Below, one piece after another: positions 9,867 to 19,839 of a DNA stretch of 64,000 nucleotides. Every line of letters begins with the position of its first letter. Position 1 is the first letter of the stretch. Source of the stretch: an archaeon (GTDB taxonomy: Archaea; Nanobdellota; Nanobdellia; Pacearchaeales; GW2011-AR1); assembly GCA_018694115.1 (NCBI GenBank), contig JABHNB010000005.1, forward strand, positions 374 to 64,373, in the 5' to 3' direction. Below the pieces are notes generated by a model that was given only the letters and a program-made list of their open reading frames with translations, did no database searches and had not been told where the DNA came from. Made by a program: the position numbers and the translations under genes.

Positions 9867-10687
9867 ACTCACCATCAAGAGAATCAAAAACTCTCGATAG
9901 TCTGTCTCTTTTTATTGGAACTGGCGAATGTAATGCAAACTGTGCACACTGTGCTGGAAGGGCCCATAGAAAATATGCTCCAGAAGAAGATGGTATCCTT
10001 AACGAAGATCTAATTCGTCAAACTCTCGAAGACTGCCACAACCAGGGAGCAAGATATCTTTCTATAAGCAGCAGCGGAGAACCAACACTATCTCCAATCT
10101 CAATTACAAAAGTTCTCAGAATGACCGAAGAAATAAAACACTGTGGAATAAGCTATTCTCCAATAAATCTCTATTCAAATGGGATCCGAATCGGAGAGGA
10201 TCAACAGTTCTGCGATGATCACCTCCAATCCTGGAAGGATCTTGGACTTACAACTGTCTACATCACCGTGCATGATATTAATGAAAAGAAAAACGCAGAA
10301 GTTTATGGCGTAAAAAGCTACCCTCCCCTAGAAAAAGTAATTTCAAGAATCCATAAACCTGGCCTGTTAACAAGAGCAAATCTAGTTCTTAGCAAAAGAA
10401 CAATCCATTCTCCAGAAAAGTTCGCCCAAACAATCAATCATCTTCAAAAAATCGGAGTAGATTCAATCTCGGCCTGGCCAATCCGGGGACAAGATGATAC
10501 CTTGGATCCAAATCTCGCTCCAACCTCCGAAGAACTTGATCAAATGGGGGAATGGATCGGAAAAAGAGATCCCAAAAAAGGCAAAATCGTCCTACTTAGA
10601 GAAAACAGCCGAATCAAGTATAAAAATCGAGAAAAACTGACCTTGTTTCCTGATGGAACCCTATCGAATACTTGGTGTAACTATTAA
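9833..10687 (+). CDS. small radical SAM enzyme, paralog 2 (tandem duplicate of 8979..9866)
   Basis: CNANCAHC, SSGEPT and LYSNG motifs. Collinear similarity to the upstream gene throughout (DSWRDLGLNNVAISLHG vs QSWKDLGLTTVYITVHD). Confidence 0.55.
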   Translation: MDKGRSTMYEVNSPSRESKTLDSLSLFIGTGECNANCAHCAGRAHRKYAPEEDGILNEDLIRQTLEDCHNQGARYLSISSSGEPTLSPISITKVLRMTEEIKHCGISYSPINLYSNGIRIGEDQQFCDDHLQSWKDLGLTTVYITVHDINEKKNAEVYGVKSYPPLEKVISRIHKPGLLTRANLVLSKRTIHSPEKFAQTINHLQKIGVDSISAWPIRGQDDTLDPNLAPTSEELDQMGEWIGKRDPKKGKIVLLRENSRIKYKNREKLTLFPDGTLSNTWCNY

Positions 10688-11334
10688 ATCTCTATAATTC
10701 TTCCTCTTCTTCCCACCTGAATAACTTTTGTCTTCCCAATCTTCTCTTCAATACCTTCGGCTTCATGAATATGTGCACTAATCAACAAATCTGGCTTAAA
10801 GTCCTTAACAGCTTTACTCAGGACCTTCTCCCCCGGAACACCAGAAAACTCTGCTGTCGTCCCATGTGCATGCAAGTGTGAAACTAAAATTCTCTTACCT
10901 GATTTCATCCTATCAAAATTTCTCTTAATTTCGGTTAGATCGGAATCATCTAGGCTAAGCTTCCAATTAGGACTGCCAATCCCGGCTATTCCAACATCTC
11001 CGTAGGTCACATAATAATTATGGATATTTTTCCCTCCTCGCTCCAAAACCCTACATTCATCATCAAAATCACAATTACCTGGCACAAAAACAATCTTCTG
11101 CCCAGCATCTTGAAAAGGTTTCAAGATTTTCTCATCACCCTTTGAATATCCATAAATATCTCCTGCCAAAACTACCAAATCAACCTTCTCCTTTTTACCC
11201 TTCTTCGCAAGCTTCTTCGCGATGTCTATATCTCCATGAATATCTCCTGCTGCGAGGATTTTGAGCTTTTTATCCGATTTCTTCTTGTCCTTCTTCTTTT
11301 CTCCAGTCTTTGCCATATAAAACCCAATCAACAC
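10684..11334 (-). CDS. calcineurin-like metallophosphoesterase
   Basis: AAGDIHGD, LAGDIYG, GNCD and SHLHAHG motifs. Confidence 0.6.
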   Translation of the reverse strand: MLIGFYMAKTGEKKKDKKKSDKKLKILAAGDIHGDIDIAKKLAKKGKKEKVDLVVLAGDIYGYSKGDEKILKPFQDAGQKIVFVPGNCDFDDECRVLERGGKNIHNYYVTYGDVGIAGIGSPNWKLSLDDSDLTEIKRNFDRMKSGKRILVSHLHAHGTTAEFSGVPGEKVLSKAVKDFKPDLLISAHIHEAEGIEEKIGKTKVIQVGRRGRIIEI

Positions 11335-11364
11335 TTTTTTAAATAACTTCTCGTTTCCATTAAC

Positions 11365-13749
11365 ATGCCAAAACTATCCGAAATAAAGAATTGGAACATA
11401 GAGATAGAAACAGAAATAACAAAAAACTGGAAAGAGTCGGAACTTTATGCATTTAATCCTAAAACAAAGAAGAAAATTTATTCAATTGATACGCCCCCAC
11501 CATATGTTAACACTCCGATTCATATGGGGCACGCAGTAACTTATTGTTTCATGGATTTCTTTGCACGATATAGGAGAATGAAAGGAGAAGAAGTATTATT
11601 TCCGTTAGGGCTTGACAGAAACGGACTTCCAATCGAGATGGCAACAGAGAAAAAATACAAGATATCTCCATTCAAGGTTGGCAGAGAAAAATTCATGGAA
11701 TATTGTGAAAAACTTCTAAGTGAAGCATCTGTTGAGTCAATAGATTCTTTCGCAAAACTAGGAATCTCATTCTCCTCTTACAAAGAAGGAAAAGAAATCG
11801 GAGCAATCTACAACACAGATTCTCCAGAGTATAGAACACTTACTCAATCAACATTTATTGAACTATTCAAGAAAGGATTAATCTACGAAGACTCAAGAAT
11901 CAACAACTGGGATCCAAAACTTAGAACAACAATTGCAGATTCAGAAATAGACTATCTGGAAATAAACTCCAATTTCAACGATATCAAATGGACAATCAAA
12001 GAAACCGGAGAAGAAGTTGTTATTGGAACAACAAGACCCGAGTTAATTGCAACCTGCGGAATGGTTATTTACAATCCGAAGGATAAAAGATACAAACATC
12101 TTGAAGGTAAAACTGCAATCTCCCCGATCTTCGAGGAAGAAATCCCAATCAAAGCACACCCGCTAGCACAAATTGACAAAGGGACTGGGCTAGTTATGAT
12201 GTGTTCGGCAGGAGATCTGTCAGATATTCAATTCTTTAGAGAAATGAAGATAACTCCAAGAATAGCGATTGGACAAGATGGAAGGATGAACGAAAAGGCA
12301 GGAGTTCTTGAAGGATTAAAAGTTAAGGAAGCTAGAGAAAAGATAGTCGAACTAATCAAGGAAAAGGGTCTACTCGTAAAACAAGAGCAGATAACTCATA
12401 GAACTCCAATCTCTGAAAGATCAAAGGCAGAAATAGAATTCATCGAAATGCCAGAGTTCTATCTCAAACAAATGGATTTCAAGGATGACATGAGAAAAAC
12501 AATTAAGAAAATAAACTTCTACCCAAAAAACTCAAAGAAGATCCTTGACACTTGGATCGATTCAGTTTCGATTGATTGGCCAATTTCTAGAAGAAGATAT
12601 TATGCAACGCCAGTCCCCCTATGGTATTCGGATAATTTAATGGCTATCCCAAAAAAAGGGACATACGTAGAACCCTGGAAAACAAGTCCGCCAAAAGATG
12701 CTGAGGTAATCGATGCGAAAACAAAGAAAGTTCTAGGAACTGTAGCAGATTATCCAAAAAACAAATGGGAAGGGGAAGAAAGAGTTCTAGATACTTGGTT
12801 CGACTCTTCAATTTCTGAACTTAATATGCTCAAGTACCAATCAGACGACGAATTTTTCAAAAAAGCATATCCCGCAACACTTAGACCTCAAGGAAAAGAG
12901 ATCGTTAGAACTTGGCTATATTATACTGTCCTTCGAGGATTCCTAGAAACCGGAAAACCATGTTTTGAAGATACATGGATTCACCAACACATTCTTGATG
13001 GAAAAGGAAGGAAAATGTCCAAGTCTGCAGGAAACGTTATTGATCCTCAAGAAATTATGCGGGAAGATGGGGCAGAAGCACTGAGATTCTGGGCAGCAAC
13101 AGAAGGAGACTTGTCCAGGGGAGATTTTACATGTTCAAAAGAGAAGATAAAATCGGAAAAGAAAACTCTAAACAAACTTCTGAATGTTTCAAGATTTGTA
13201 ATGATGTTCGAAAAACCAAAAACAAAACCAACACTAGTCCCTCTAGACAAACTTTTCATAGAATATATTGAAGGCCTAACAAATAGATGCGATAAACTTT
13301 ACAAAGTTTACGATTTCAATCACCCTGCTCAAGAATTACGAAGATTCCTTTGGGATTTATTTGCATCAAATTATGTTGAGATGGTTAAGAACCGAGCTTA
13401 CAATGAAGAAGGGCAATTCACTAAGGATGAATCCAACTCAGCAAGATACACTCTCCATTTCCTACTTGAAAGATTCTTAACTTTAGTCTATCCGGTAATT
13501 CCCCAGATAACTACCGTAATCGCAAAAGAAAAGGGAATAGATCTTTTGACTGCTGAATGGCCAAAGGCAGAAAAAGCAGATCTCAAAAAGAGCACAGAAA
13601 CAATAGAAAAGATAATGATTTTCAACGGAGAAGTGTGGAAAGCCAAAAAAGAAAAGTCTATCTCCCTCCGAGAACCCATAGAAGGGATCAAGATCCCAAA
13701 AGATCTCAAACCATTCGAAAAAGATCTCAAGGCATGCCATAAGATTTGA
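11365..13749 (+). CDS. class Ia aminoacyl-tRNA synthetase, Val/Ile family (probably valyl-tRNA synthetase)
   Basis: HMGHA (HIGH) and KMSKS motifs. TTRPEL and DTWFDSS motifs. At 794 aa it is too short for IleRS or LeuRS. Confidence 0.6.
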   Translation: MPKLSEIKNWNIEIETEITKNWKESELYAFNPKTKKKIYSIDTPPPYVNTPIHMGHAVTYCFMDFFARYRRMKGEEVLFPLGLDRNGLPIEMATEKKYKISPFKVGREKFMEYCEKLLSEASVESIDSFAKLGISFSSYKEGKEIGAIYNTDSPEYRTLTQSTFIELFKKGLIYEDSRINNWDPKLRTTIADSEIDYLEINSNFNDIKWTIKETGEEVVIGTTRPELIATCGMVIYNPKDKRYKHLEGKTAISPIFEEEIPIKAHPLAQIDKGTGLVMMCSAGDLSDIQFFREMKITPRIAIGQDGRMNEKAGVLEGLKVKEAREKIVELIKEKGLLVKQEQITHRTPISERSKAEIEFIEMPEFYLKQMDFKDDMRKTIKKINFYPKNSKKILDTWIDSVSIDWPISRRRYYATPVPLWYSDNLMAIPKKGTYVEPWKTSPPKDAEVIDAKTKKVLGTVADYPKNKWEGEERVLDTWFDSSISELNMLKYQSDDEFFKKAYPATLRPQGKEIVRTWLYYTVLRGFLETGKPCFEDTWIHQHILDGKGRKMSKSAGNVIDPQEIMREDGAEALRFWAATEGDLSRGDFTCSKEKIKSEKKTLNKLLNVSRFVMMFEKPKTKPTLVPLDKLFIEYIEGLTNRCDKLYKVYDFNHPAQELRRFLWDLFASNYVEMVKNRAYNEEGQFTKDESNSARYTLHFLLERFLTLVYPVIPQITTVIAKEKGIDLLTAEWPKAEKADLKKSTETIEKIMIFNGEVWKAKKEKSISLREPIEGIKIPKDLKPFEKDLKACHKI

Positions 13750-13801
13750 TTATATTCTCCGCAACAACAATTCTTTTTAACTCCAGATAACTAATAATTC
13801 T

Positions 13802-14491
13802 ATGAAAACAATAGATCGTAGTGATTTTGATACAATCCCATCTAGTGGATTTATGAAATCAATGGGCCAAAGGACTCGAGAACTTGAAAGAGTATTAGAA
13901 GAATTAAAAGACGCCCAATCAGAACGAAGTGTACTACTTCACCAAGCCCCATGCAAGATAAAGTTTAATCGTTCTGGGGAACCCGTAGCAGAAGATTTTT
14001 CATTAGGTACTGGATATGAAGTTCAGGCACTCGAAAGGTTTAGTGGATGGTATAGCTATCCCGGGCAACCAGATGGGGGGAGAATGGAATATTCACTTTT
14101 TGTTCAACCCAATTTTGATGTAAGACTTTCTCCAAGGGAATCAAAAAGAGTAATTATCCGTCCAAAAGACTTCGATATTATTGTCCCGGATCTTACTCTC
14201 TACAAGGCAGAAGTTGGAGTTACTAGGGGAGAAAATGGAGAAATGATTTATGCTAGGAATTTTAGCGAAAGGGATACCCCTGGATTGTCCAATACAAGAT
14301 TATTCCTTAGGGAAAGAAAAGCATCAGAAAGCCTTATAGAAATGATCGGAGAACAAGAAGAACCCGTAGAAGGCGTCCCCAAAATAAAACGGAGTTTCAT
14401 GGGGTTTCTTTTAGAGAAGCAAACTGCCCAATTACAACGCCAACACGAAGAAGAACTTAAAGACGCCGCAGTAAATTTAGGTCTTGAATAA
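13802..14491 (+). CDS. hypothetical protein
   Basis: 229-aa ORF with no recognisable motifs. Confidence 0.4.
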   Translation: MKTIDRSDFDTIPSSGFMKSMGQRTRELERVLEELKDAQSERSVLLHQAPCKIKFNRSGEPVAEDFSLGTGYEVQALERFSGWYSYPGQPDGGRMEYSLFVQPNFDVRLSPRESKRVIIRPKDFDIIVPDLTLYKAEVGVTRGENGEMIYARNFSERDTPGLSNTRLFLRERKASESLIEMIGEQEEPVEGVPKIKRSFMGFLLEKQTAQLQRQHEEELKDAAVNLGLE

Positions 14492-14534
14492 CCCCCCTAT
14501 CAACTTTTATAAATACCCCTTATATTGATATACT

Positions 14535-15629
14535 ATGGATGAAGCACAAAAATTTGAACTTGAAAGTACCGTTGAAGAACTGGAAGGCTACCGTGGAAGA
14601 CACACTGAGCTGATCACAGTTTTGGTCCCAGCAGGAGCTACACTAACTCAAACTACAAAACAACTTGAAGACGAAAAAGGGACTGCAACAAACATCAAAT
14701 CAACGGCAACAAGGAAGAATGTTATTAATTCTCTAGAGCGAGCAATAAGAAAGTTAAAAGAAATTGGAAGAACGCCAAAAAATGGACTAGCAGTTTATGC
14801 TGGAAACGTAACCATGGCAGATGGAAAAGAATCTCTTGAAGTCTGGGCAATTGAACCTCCAAAACCACTTAAGGTAAAAATTTATCGATGTGACCAGACA
14901 TTCATTGTAGATCCACTAAAAGAGATGCTTGAAACTGATGAAGTCTATGGTCTTTTGATAATTGAGAGAAACGAAGCATCAATTGGAATTCTAGATGGGA
15001 GATCAATAAGGCAACTCGATCATATGACTTCTGGAATCCCCGGAAAGACAAGGGCTGGAGGACAATCCGCACAGAGATTCGCCAGAATCAGAGAAAGTGC
15101 AGCAAAGGAGTTCTTCAAAAGAGTTGCAGAAAATATGAAAAAACATTTTTGGGACAACAAAAAGTTGAAAGGAATTCTAGTCGGGGGGCCGATTCCAACA
15201 AAAGACGAATTTCTGGATCAAGGCCAATTAGTGACCGCACTTAAAAATAAGGTTATCGCAGTAAAGGATATTGGGGGCACTGGAATGCACGGGTTAAAAG
15301 AATTAGTGCTCCGATGCGAAGATGTCTTGGCAGAACAAGAGATCACAAAGCAAAAACAAATTCTAGATGAATTCTTTGAGAGATTAGCAAAAGAGCCTAA
15401 CAAGGTTTCATATGGGGAAGCAGAAATCGAAGATAGATTAAATAGGGGGGCGGTAGACAAACTAATAATTTCAAAGACCCTCCCTAGAGAAAAGATAAAG
15501 GTTCTTGAAAAATTAGCAAAAGCATCTTCAACAGAAATCCACCTTGTAACAAAAGAGACCGCAGAAGGAGTACAATTCGATAATCTCGGAGGAGTCGGCG
15601 GATTACTGAGATTTGAGATTCACGATTAA
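14535..15629 (+). CDS. prf1: peptide chain release factor aRF1
   Basis: NIKS motif (TATNIKSTATRKN) and GGQ motif (RAGGQSAQRF). Confidence 0.8.
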   Translation: MDEAQKFELESTVEELEGYRGRHTELITVLVPAGATLTQTTKQLEDEKGTATNIKSTATRKNVINSLERAIRKLKEIGRTPKNGLAVYAGNVTMADGKESLEVWAIEPPKPLKVKIYRCDQTFIVDPLKEMLETDEVYGLLIIERNEASIGILDGRSIRQLDHMTSGIPGKTRAGGQSAQRFARIRESAAKEFFKRVAENMKKHFWDNKKLKGILVGGPIPTKDEFLDQGQLVTALKNKVIAVKDIGGTGMHGLKELVLRCEDVLAEQEITKQKQILDEFFERLAKEPNKVSYGEAEIEDRLNRGAVDKLIISKTLPREKIKVLEKLAKASSTEIHLVTKETAEGVQFDNLGGVGGLLRFEIHD

Positions 15630-15632
15630 AAC

Positions 15633-16454
15633 ATGGAAGAACAAAAAGGGGAAACAGTAGAAATTGCACCCGGCACTGCCGTTTCAGAAGAACCCGAAAA
15701 AAAAGAGGAACCAGAACCCCAAGAAGAAACCTATGATCAATCTACTGAAGAAGTACCTGAGCCGAAGAAATGCGGACCAGAACCCTCTGAAGAACCCTAT
15801 GACCAATCTACCGAAGAAGCTCCAGAACCAAAAACATGCGAGCCAGACTCAGAGCCAGAATCCTCAAATGCCCCAAAAATTATTACAGGGTCTACCGCAG
15901 CAGAAATTGAAACCGAATTTGAAGATAAAGAAAGAGAAAATGAAGGAAAAGTTGAGGCGGCCCTATTCATTTCTGGGCGTTTTTTAAATTTGCAAGAATT
16001 AATTATGCTTACTGACATCAACCCAATCATGCTTAAAGAAATTCTTAACCGTCTAGAAAAGAAACACTCTATGGGTGCAGTACGTATTGTTGCAAGAAAC
16101 CAATCTTGGAAAATGGATGTGGCAGAGAAATATCATTATCTAATCAATAAACTCGCAACTGGAAATGCAGAATTCACAAAAGCAGAACAAGAAACTCTTG
16201 CAATCATCGCATACAAACAACCAATCAAACAGTCCGTAATAATCAAAATCCGAGGAAACAAGGCATACGATCACATAAAAAAATTCAGAGAAATTGGCCT
16301 AGTAACTGCAAAACGAGTAGGCCATACCCTTGAGTTAAATTTATCAGAAGAATTTTATGAATATTTCAATGTTCATAAAAGAGAAGGTGGCGCTACAATA
16401 GAAGAAAATAAACCTTCTGGGGAAGAAGGTCCCAAAGACAATGGAACTAATTAG
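15633..16454 (+). CDS. scpB: segregation and condensation protein B (ScpB) homolog with N-terminal acidic tandem-repeat extension
   Basis: Winged-helix ScpB core (EAALFISGRFLNLQELIML...AIIAYKQPI). The N-terminal ~90 aa are acidic with two 22-aa repeats. Confidence 0.6.
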   Translation: MEEQKGETVEIAPGTAVSEEPEKKEEPEPQEETYDQSTEEVPEPKKCGPEPSEEPYDQSTEEAPEPKTCEPDSEPESSNAPKIITGSTAAEIETEFEDKERENEGKVEAALFISGRFLNLQELIMLTDINPIMLKEILNRLEKKHSMGAVRIVARNQSWKMDVAEKYHYLINKLATGNAEFTKAEQETLAIIAYKQPIKQSVIIKIRGNKAYDHIKKFREIGLVTAKRVGHTLELNLSEEFYEYFNVHKREGGATIEENKPSGEEGPKDNGTN

Positions 16455-17682
16455 CATAGTAATTTACCTCTCAGTCTATATCGGCCTAGTAGCAACTTCC
16501 TTCTATGCCCTAAGTTTCTTTGCAGATAAGAAAAAAGAGAAATTATTATACTCAGATGACGAACTTCCAAAAACAACGGTAATTATCCCTGCATTAAATG
16601 AAGAAAAATCCGTCAAGAGAACTCTGGATTCAATTTTAGCATCAGACTACCCTAAGGATAAACTAGAAATCATTTTTGTTGATGACGGGAGCACAGATAA
16701 AACATTAAGCATTGCCAAGAAGTTCCAAAGTAAACAAGTTAGGGTATTTACGAAGAAAAATGGGGGAAAGGGGTCTGCATTGAACCTGGCGATAAAGAAA
16801 AGTCGTGGGGAAGTGATCTTTACCATGGATGCAGATACATTTGTTGAACCTCACTGTGTTAAGGAAATGGTTCGTTATTTCAAGGACAAAAAAGTAATGT
16901 CTGTAATTCCCTCGATGTTAACTCACAAACCAAAAGGAATTCTTCAAAGAATCCAACAAGCAGAGTATCTTTTTGGCCTATTTATTCGTAAAGCCTTCTC
17001 TTCGGTGAATGCCGTCCACATTACTCCAGGGGCCTTCTCGGCTTACCGAAAAACATTCTTTGATAAATACGGGGGATATGATGAAACAAATATCACTGAA
17101 GATCTTGAGATGTCATTAAGAATCCAATATCAAGGATTTACCATAGAGTATGCCCCAAATGCTCCAGTTTACACAATTGCCCCAAACAAATTCATGCCCC
17201 TCCTGGTCCAAAGACGAAGATGGTACACCGGATTGATGAGGAATACCTGGAAATACAAGGGGATGTTTAGTCCAAAATATGGGGATCTTGGCCTTTTCAT
17301 TCTCCCACTTGCATGGATAAGCATCTTCTTCTCAGTTTTTACTGTAACCTACCTTGCAATAAAGACATTATTTAGGATCCAAGCTGAATTATTATTCCTC
17401 AGCAATATACAGTTTGATTTTCTCAGTTCGGTAAGTATCAATGCCTATGTAATAGAAAGATTTCTATTTCAATTCTTTACAAATCCGATTGTAATCTTCC
17501 TACTTTTCTTCCTAGTAATCTTAGCAGTATATCTCAGATATGCAGCTAAATATGTTGGAAAAATAACTGGGCTTACAATAACTTTACCCCTATTTTTCAT
17601 GTTCTTCGCACTTCTTTTCGGCTTTTGGTGGCTAATTTCAATTTTCTATGTCATGTTTAACAGAAAGGTGGTCTGGCGATAA
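16441..17682 (+). CDS. family 2 glycosyltransferase, membrane-bound
   Basis: IIPALNEE...VDDGSTDKT, MDADT and QRRRW motifs. Multiple C-terminal TM helices. Confidence 0.7.
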   Translation: MELISIVIYLSVYIGLVATSFYALSFFADKKKEKLLYSDDELPKTTVIIPALNEEKSVKRTLDSILASDYPKDKLEIIFVDDGSTDKTLSIAKKFQSKQVRVFTKKNGGKGSALNLAIKKSRGEVIFTMDADTFVEPHCVKEMVRYFKDKKVMSVIPSMLTHKPKGILQRIQQAEYLFGLFIRKAFSSVNAVHITPGAFSAYRKTFFDKYGGYDETNITEDLEMSLRIQYQGFTIEYAPNAPVYTIAPNKFMPLLVQRRRWYTGLMRNTWKYKGMFSPKYGDLGLFILPLAWISIFFSVFTVTYLAIKTLFRIQAELLFLSNIQFDFLSSVSINAYVIERFLFQFFTNPIVIFLLFFLVILAVYLRYAAKYVGKITGLTITLPLFFMFFALLFGFWWLISIFYVMFNRKVVWR

Positions 17683-17712
17683 CAATATAAACATCCCAAG
17701 GTAATAATAAAA

Positions 17713-18363
17713 ATGATCGAAAGAAAAGTTCAAAGCAAAAAGAGATATGTACTCGCATTCATTATCGGGACTGCAATTTTTATTTTAGGATTTGCAATCA
17801 CAAATACCTTAGCATATATGGAATTCCAGAGAATCTCCGGATTACAGGATCCAATTTCATATAAGATATTTCAAGATAAACTTCAATTCTCTTTATTCAA
17901 TAAGGACATCTGTAAGGAAGATTCATACCTTAAGATCTCAGAAGATCTGGGGTTCCAGGGGAGGATTATAGACGATCTAGAAAGAAAATTTGGGAAGAAT
18001 GATGAGAAAGTCCTCTTTAGGAAGAGATTCTATTCCTTGATAGAGTTAGAACATTTTGAATTCGTGAAACTTCTAAATCAAGAATGTGATACTGAAATTA
18101 ATACAATTCTTTTCTTTTACTCAAATGAGGAAAAAGATTCCGAAGAGGCCGTAGAAATTGGAAGGATTTTGGGAGTAGTTCATCAAAGAAACAGAAATCT
18201 TACAATTTATTCATTTGATATGAACTTAGATAGTGAAATTGTAAAATCTTTAATGGAGAAGCATGAAATTGCGGGAGAAATGGCAATTGTAGTCAATGAG
18301 GGCTCAAAGATTGTCTCTCCAAGAAACATTGCACAGATAGAATCGGGTTTAGTGGCTGAATAA
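17713..18363 (+). CDS. hypothetical membrane-anchored protein
   Basis: N-terminal TM helix. No motif recognised. Confidence 0.35.
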   Translation: MIERKVQSKKRYVLAFIIGTAIFILGFAITNTLAYMEFQRISGLQDPISYKIFQDKLQFSLFNKDICKEDSYLKISEDLGFQGRIIDDLERKFGKNDEKVLFRKRFYSLIELEHFEFVKLLNQECDTEINTILFFYSNEEKDSEEAVEIGRILGVVHQRNRNLTIYSFDMNLDSEIVKSLMEKHEIAGEMAIVVNEGSKIVSPRNIAQIESGLVAE

Positions 18364-18416
18364 CATATACATCCCACACCAATAATACTTAAAAATCTCT
18401 TTTTATTTCTCGAATT

Positions 18417-19280
18417 ATGAATCGTTGTATAGTATGTAAAAAGACGTGCGAAGAGACCGAATTATATGAAGGAATCTTTGAGAGCGGAATGGTACTAATT
18501 TGTAAAACTTGTGCTGAAGAAGAAAAAATTCCCCTAATAAAAAAACCTTCTAGTGATCAGCTTCAGAAGGCCGATAAAAGATACTCTGTTAGGGAAAGAA
18601 TGGAGCACCTATCCGGGATGCGAGATGCCACAGAGATCGGAGGAGAACAAACCAATATTCAAAAAAATCTTGCAAGATTAAAGATGCCCGATAAAAAGCA
18701 ACAACACGAAGACGTTTCAAATAATTATTACTGGGAACTAAATATGGCGCGTAGGAGAAAAAAGCTTTCAATTAGGCAATTGGCTGAGCTAATAAAAATT
18801 GATGCAAGTATTCTATATTCTATTGAAAGTGGTAAAATTCCAGAAAACTTCGAAGAAATCTTTCTAAAGCTAGAATCTTTTCTAGGGCTAAAATTACTAA
18901 AGAACCATAAGAAGAAAATCAGTTTTACTAGAACCATTGATGAGGAAAAGGAAATTTTGAGTTCAGTAAGGAAAAGAATGGGCGAGCGTTTAGTGGGGGA
19001 AGGAGAAGATGGGGAAGAGGACCTAGTTGGAGAAATAGAAAATACCATTAAAGTAATAAAGAAAGTCCAAAAATCTGAAGAATCAAAGAATGACAAAATT
19101 ATCAAACTTAGAAACGGAGAAATTGATATGTCCAAGAGGGAAAACCTAAGCGATATAACCCTCAATGATCTTGTAGAAATCAAAAAGCAAAGAGAAGAGC
19201 AAGAGCAAGAAATTAAGGTACAAAAACAAAATTCTACAATGTTCGGCGATGATCTGGAGCTAGATATTGACGAGGTTTAA
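18417..19280 (+). CDS. Zn-ribbon + HTH (XRE-type) DNA-binding protein, MBF1-like architecture with long charged C-terminal tail
   Basis: N-terminal CxxC...CxxC (CIVCKK...CKTC). Central HTH (LSIRQLAELIKIDASILYSIESGK). The stop abuts the start of the downstream NDT-like gene. Confidence 0.5.
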   Translation: MNRCIVCKKTCEETELYEGIFESGMVLICKTCAEEEKIPLIKKPSSDQLQKADKRYSVRERMEHLSGMRDATEIGGEQTNIQKNLARLKMPDKKQQHEDVSNNYYWELNMARRRKKLSIRQLAELIKIDASILYSIESGKIPENFEEIFLKLESFLGLKLLKNHKKKISFTRTIDEEKEILSSVRKRMGERLVGEGEDGEEDLVGEIENTIKVIKKVQKSEESKNDKIIKLRNGEIDMSKRENLSDITLNDLVEIKKQREEQEQEIKVQKQNSTMFGDDLELDIDEV

Positions 19281-19796
19281 ATGGCAGGCAAGGTTATCCT
19301 CCCACCAAACTATCCCAATGATCCATTAATCTTTCTAGCAGGACCCATTCAAGGCGCCCCAGAATGGCATGATCCCGCAATCAGAATTATTCATGCAAAA
19401 GACTTAGAGATAAATATTGCGTCTCCAAGTCGGAGTGTAAGCGAGGAATATCTGAATCAGAACCTCGCAAAATTCGGAAATAGGTTTCCGGAGCAGGTTG
19501 ACTGGGAGAGTAAACACCTAAGGCAAGCTGCAGATCATGGAGCAATACTTTTCTGGATGCCTAAGGAGAAGACCCATTTTTGCGAAAGGGCGTATGCACA
19601 AACAACTCGTTTTGAATTAGGGGAATGGGCAACAAAGTCCAAATATGGAAAATGTGATCTGGCAGTAGGAATTCAGCCAGGATTCCCTGGAGAAAGCTAT
19701 ATTAGAAGAAGATTACATCAGGATCTTCCAGACTTAAAAATTCACATAACACTAAGAGAAACTTGCTGGGATGCAATTGAAAAAGCAAGAAGTTAG
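19281..19796 (+). CDS. nucleoside 2-deoxyribosyltransferase (NDT)-like protein
   Basis: FLAGPIQG N-terminal motif, ILFWMP, and an ELG acidic motif (RFELGEWAT), as in the NDT/YtoQ Rossmann-like family. Paralogous in pattern to 43536..43985. Confidence 0.5.
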   Translation: MAGKVILPPNYPNDPLIFLAGPIQGAPEWHDPAIRIIHAKDLEINIASPSRSVSEEYLNQNLAKFGNRFPEQVDWESKHLRQAADHGAILFWMPKEKTHFCERAYAQTTRFELGEWATKSKYGKCDLAVGIQPGFPGESYIRRRLHQDLPDLKIHITLRETCWDAIEKARS

Positions 19797-19839
19797 TCCT
19801 TATCGGCAGGGTTATATAGGCAAAGAAATTTGAAAAATT

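Noticed and set aside
8979-10687. MoaA (molybdenum cofactor GTP cyclase) assignment for the tandem radical-SAM pair
   Set aside because: The proteins are short, lack the C-terminal second-cluster Cys triad (CxxCxxxxxxxxxxxxxC) and the GTP-binding features of MoaA, and no other moa genes are nearby. The family is left unresolved rather than called MoaA.
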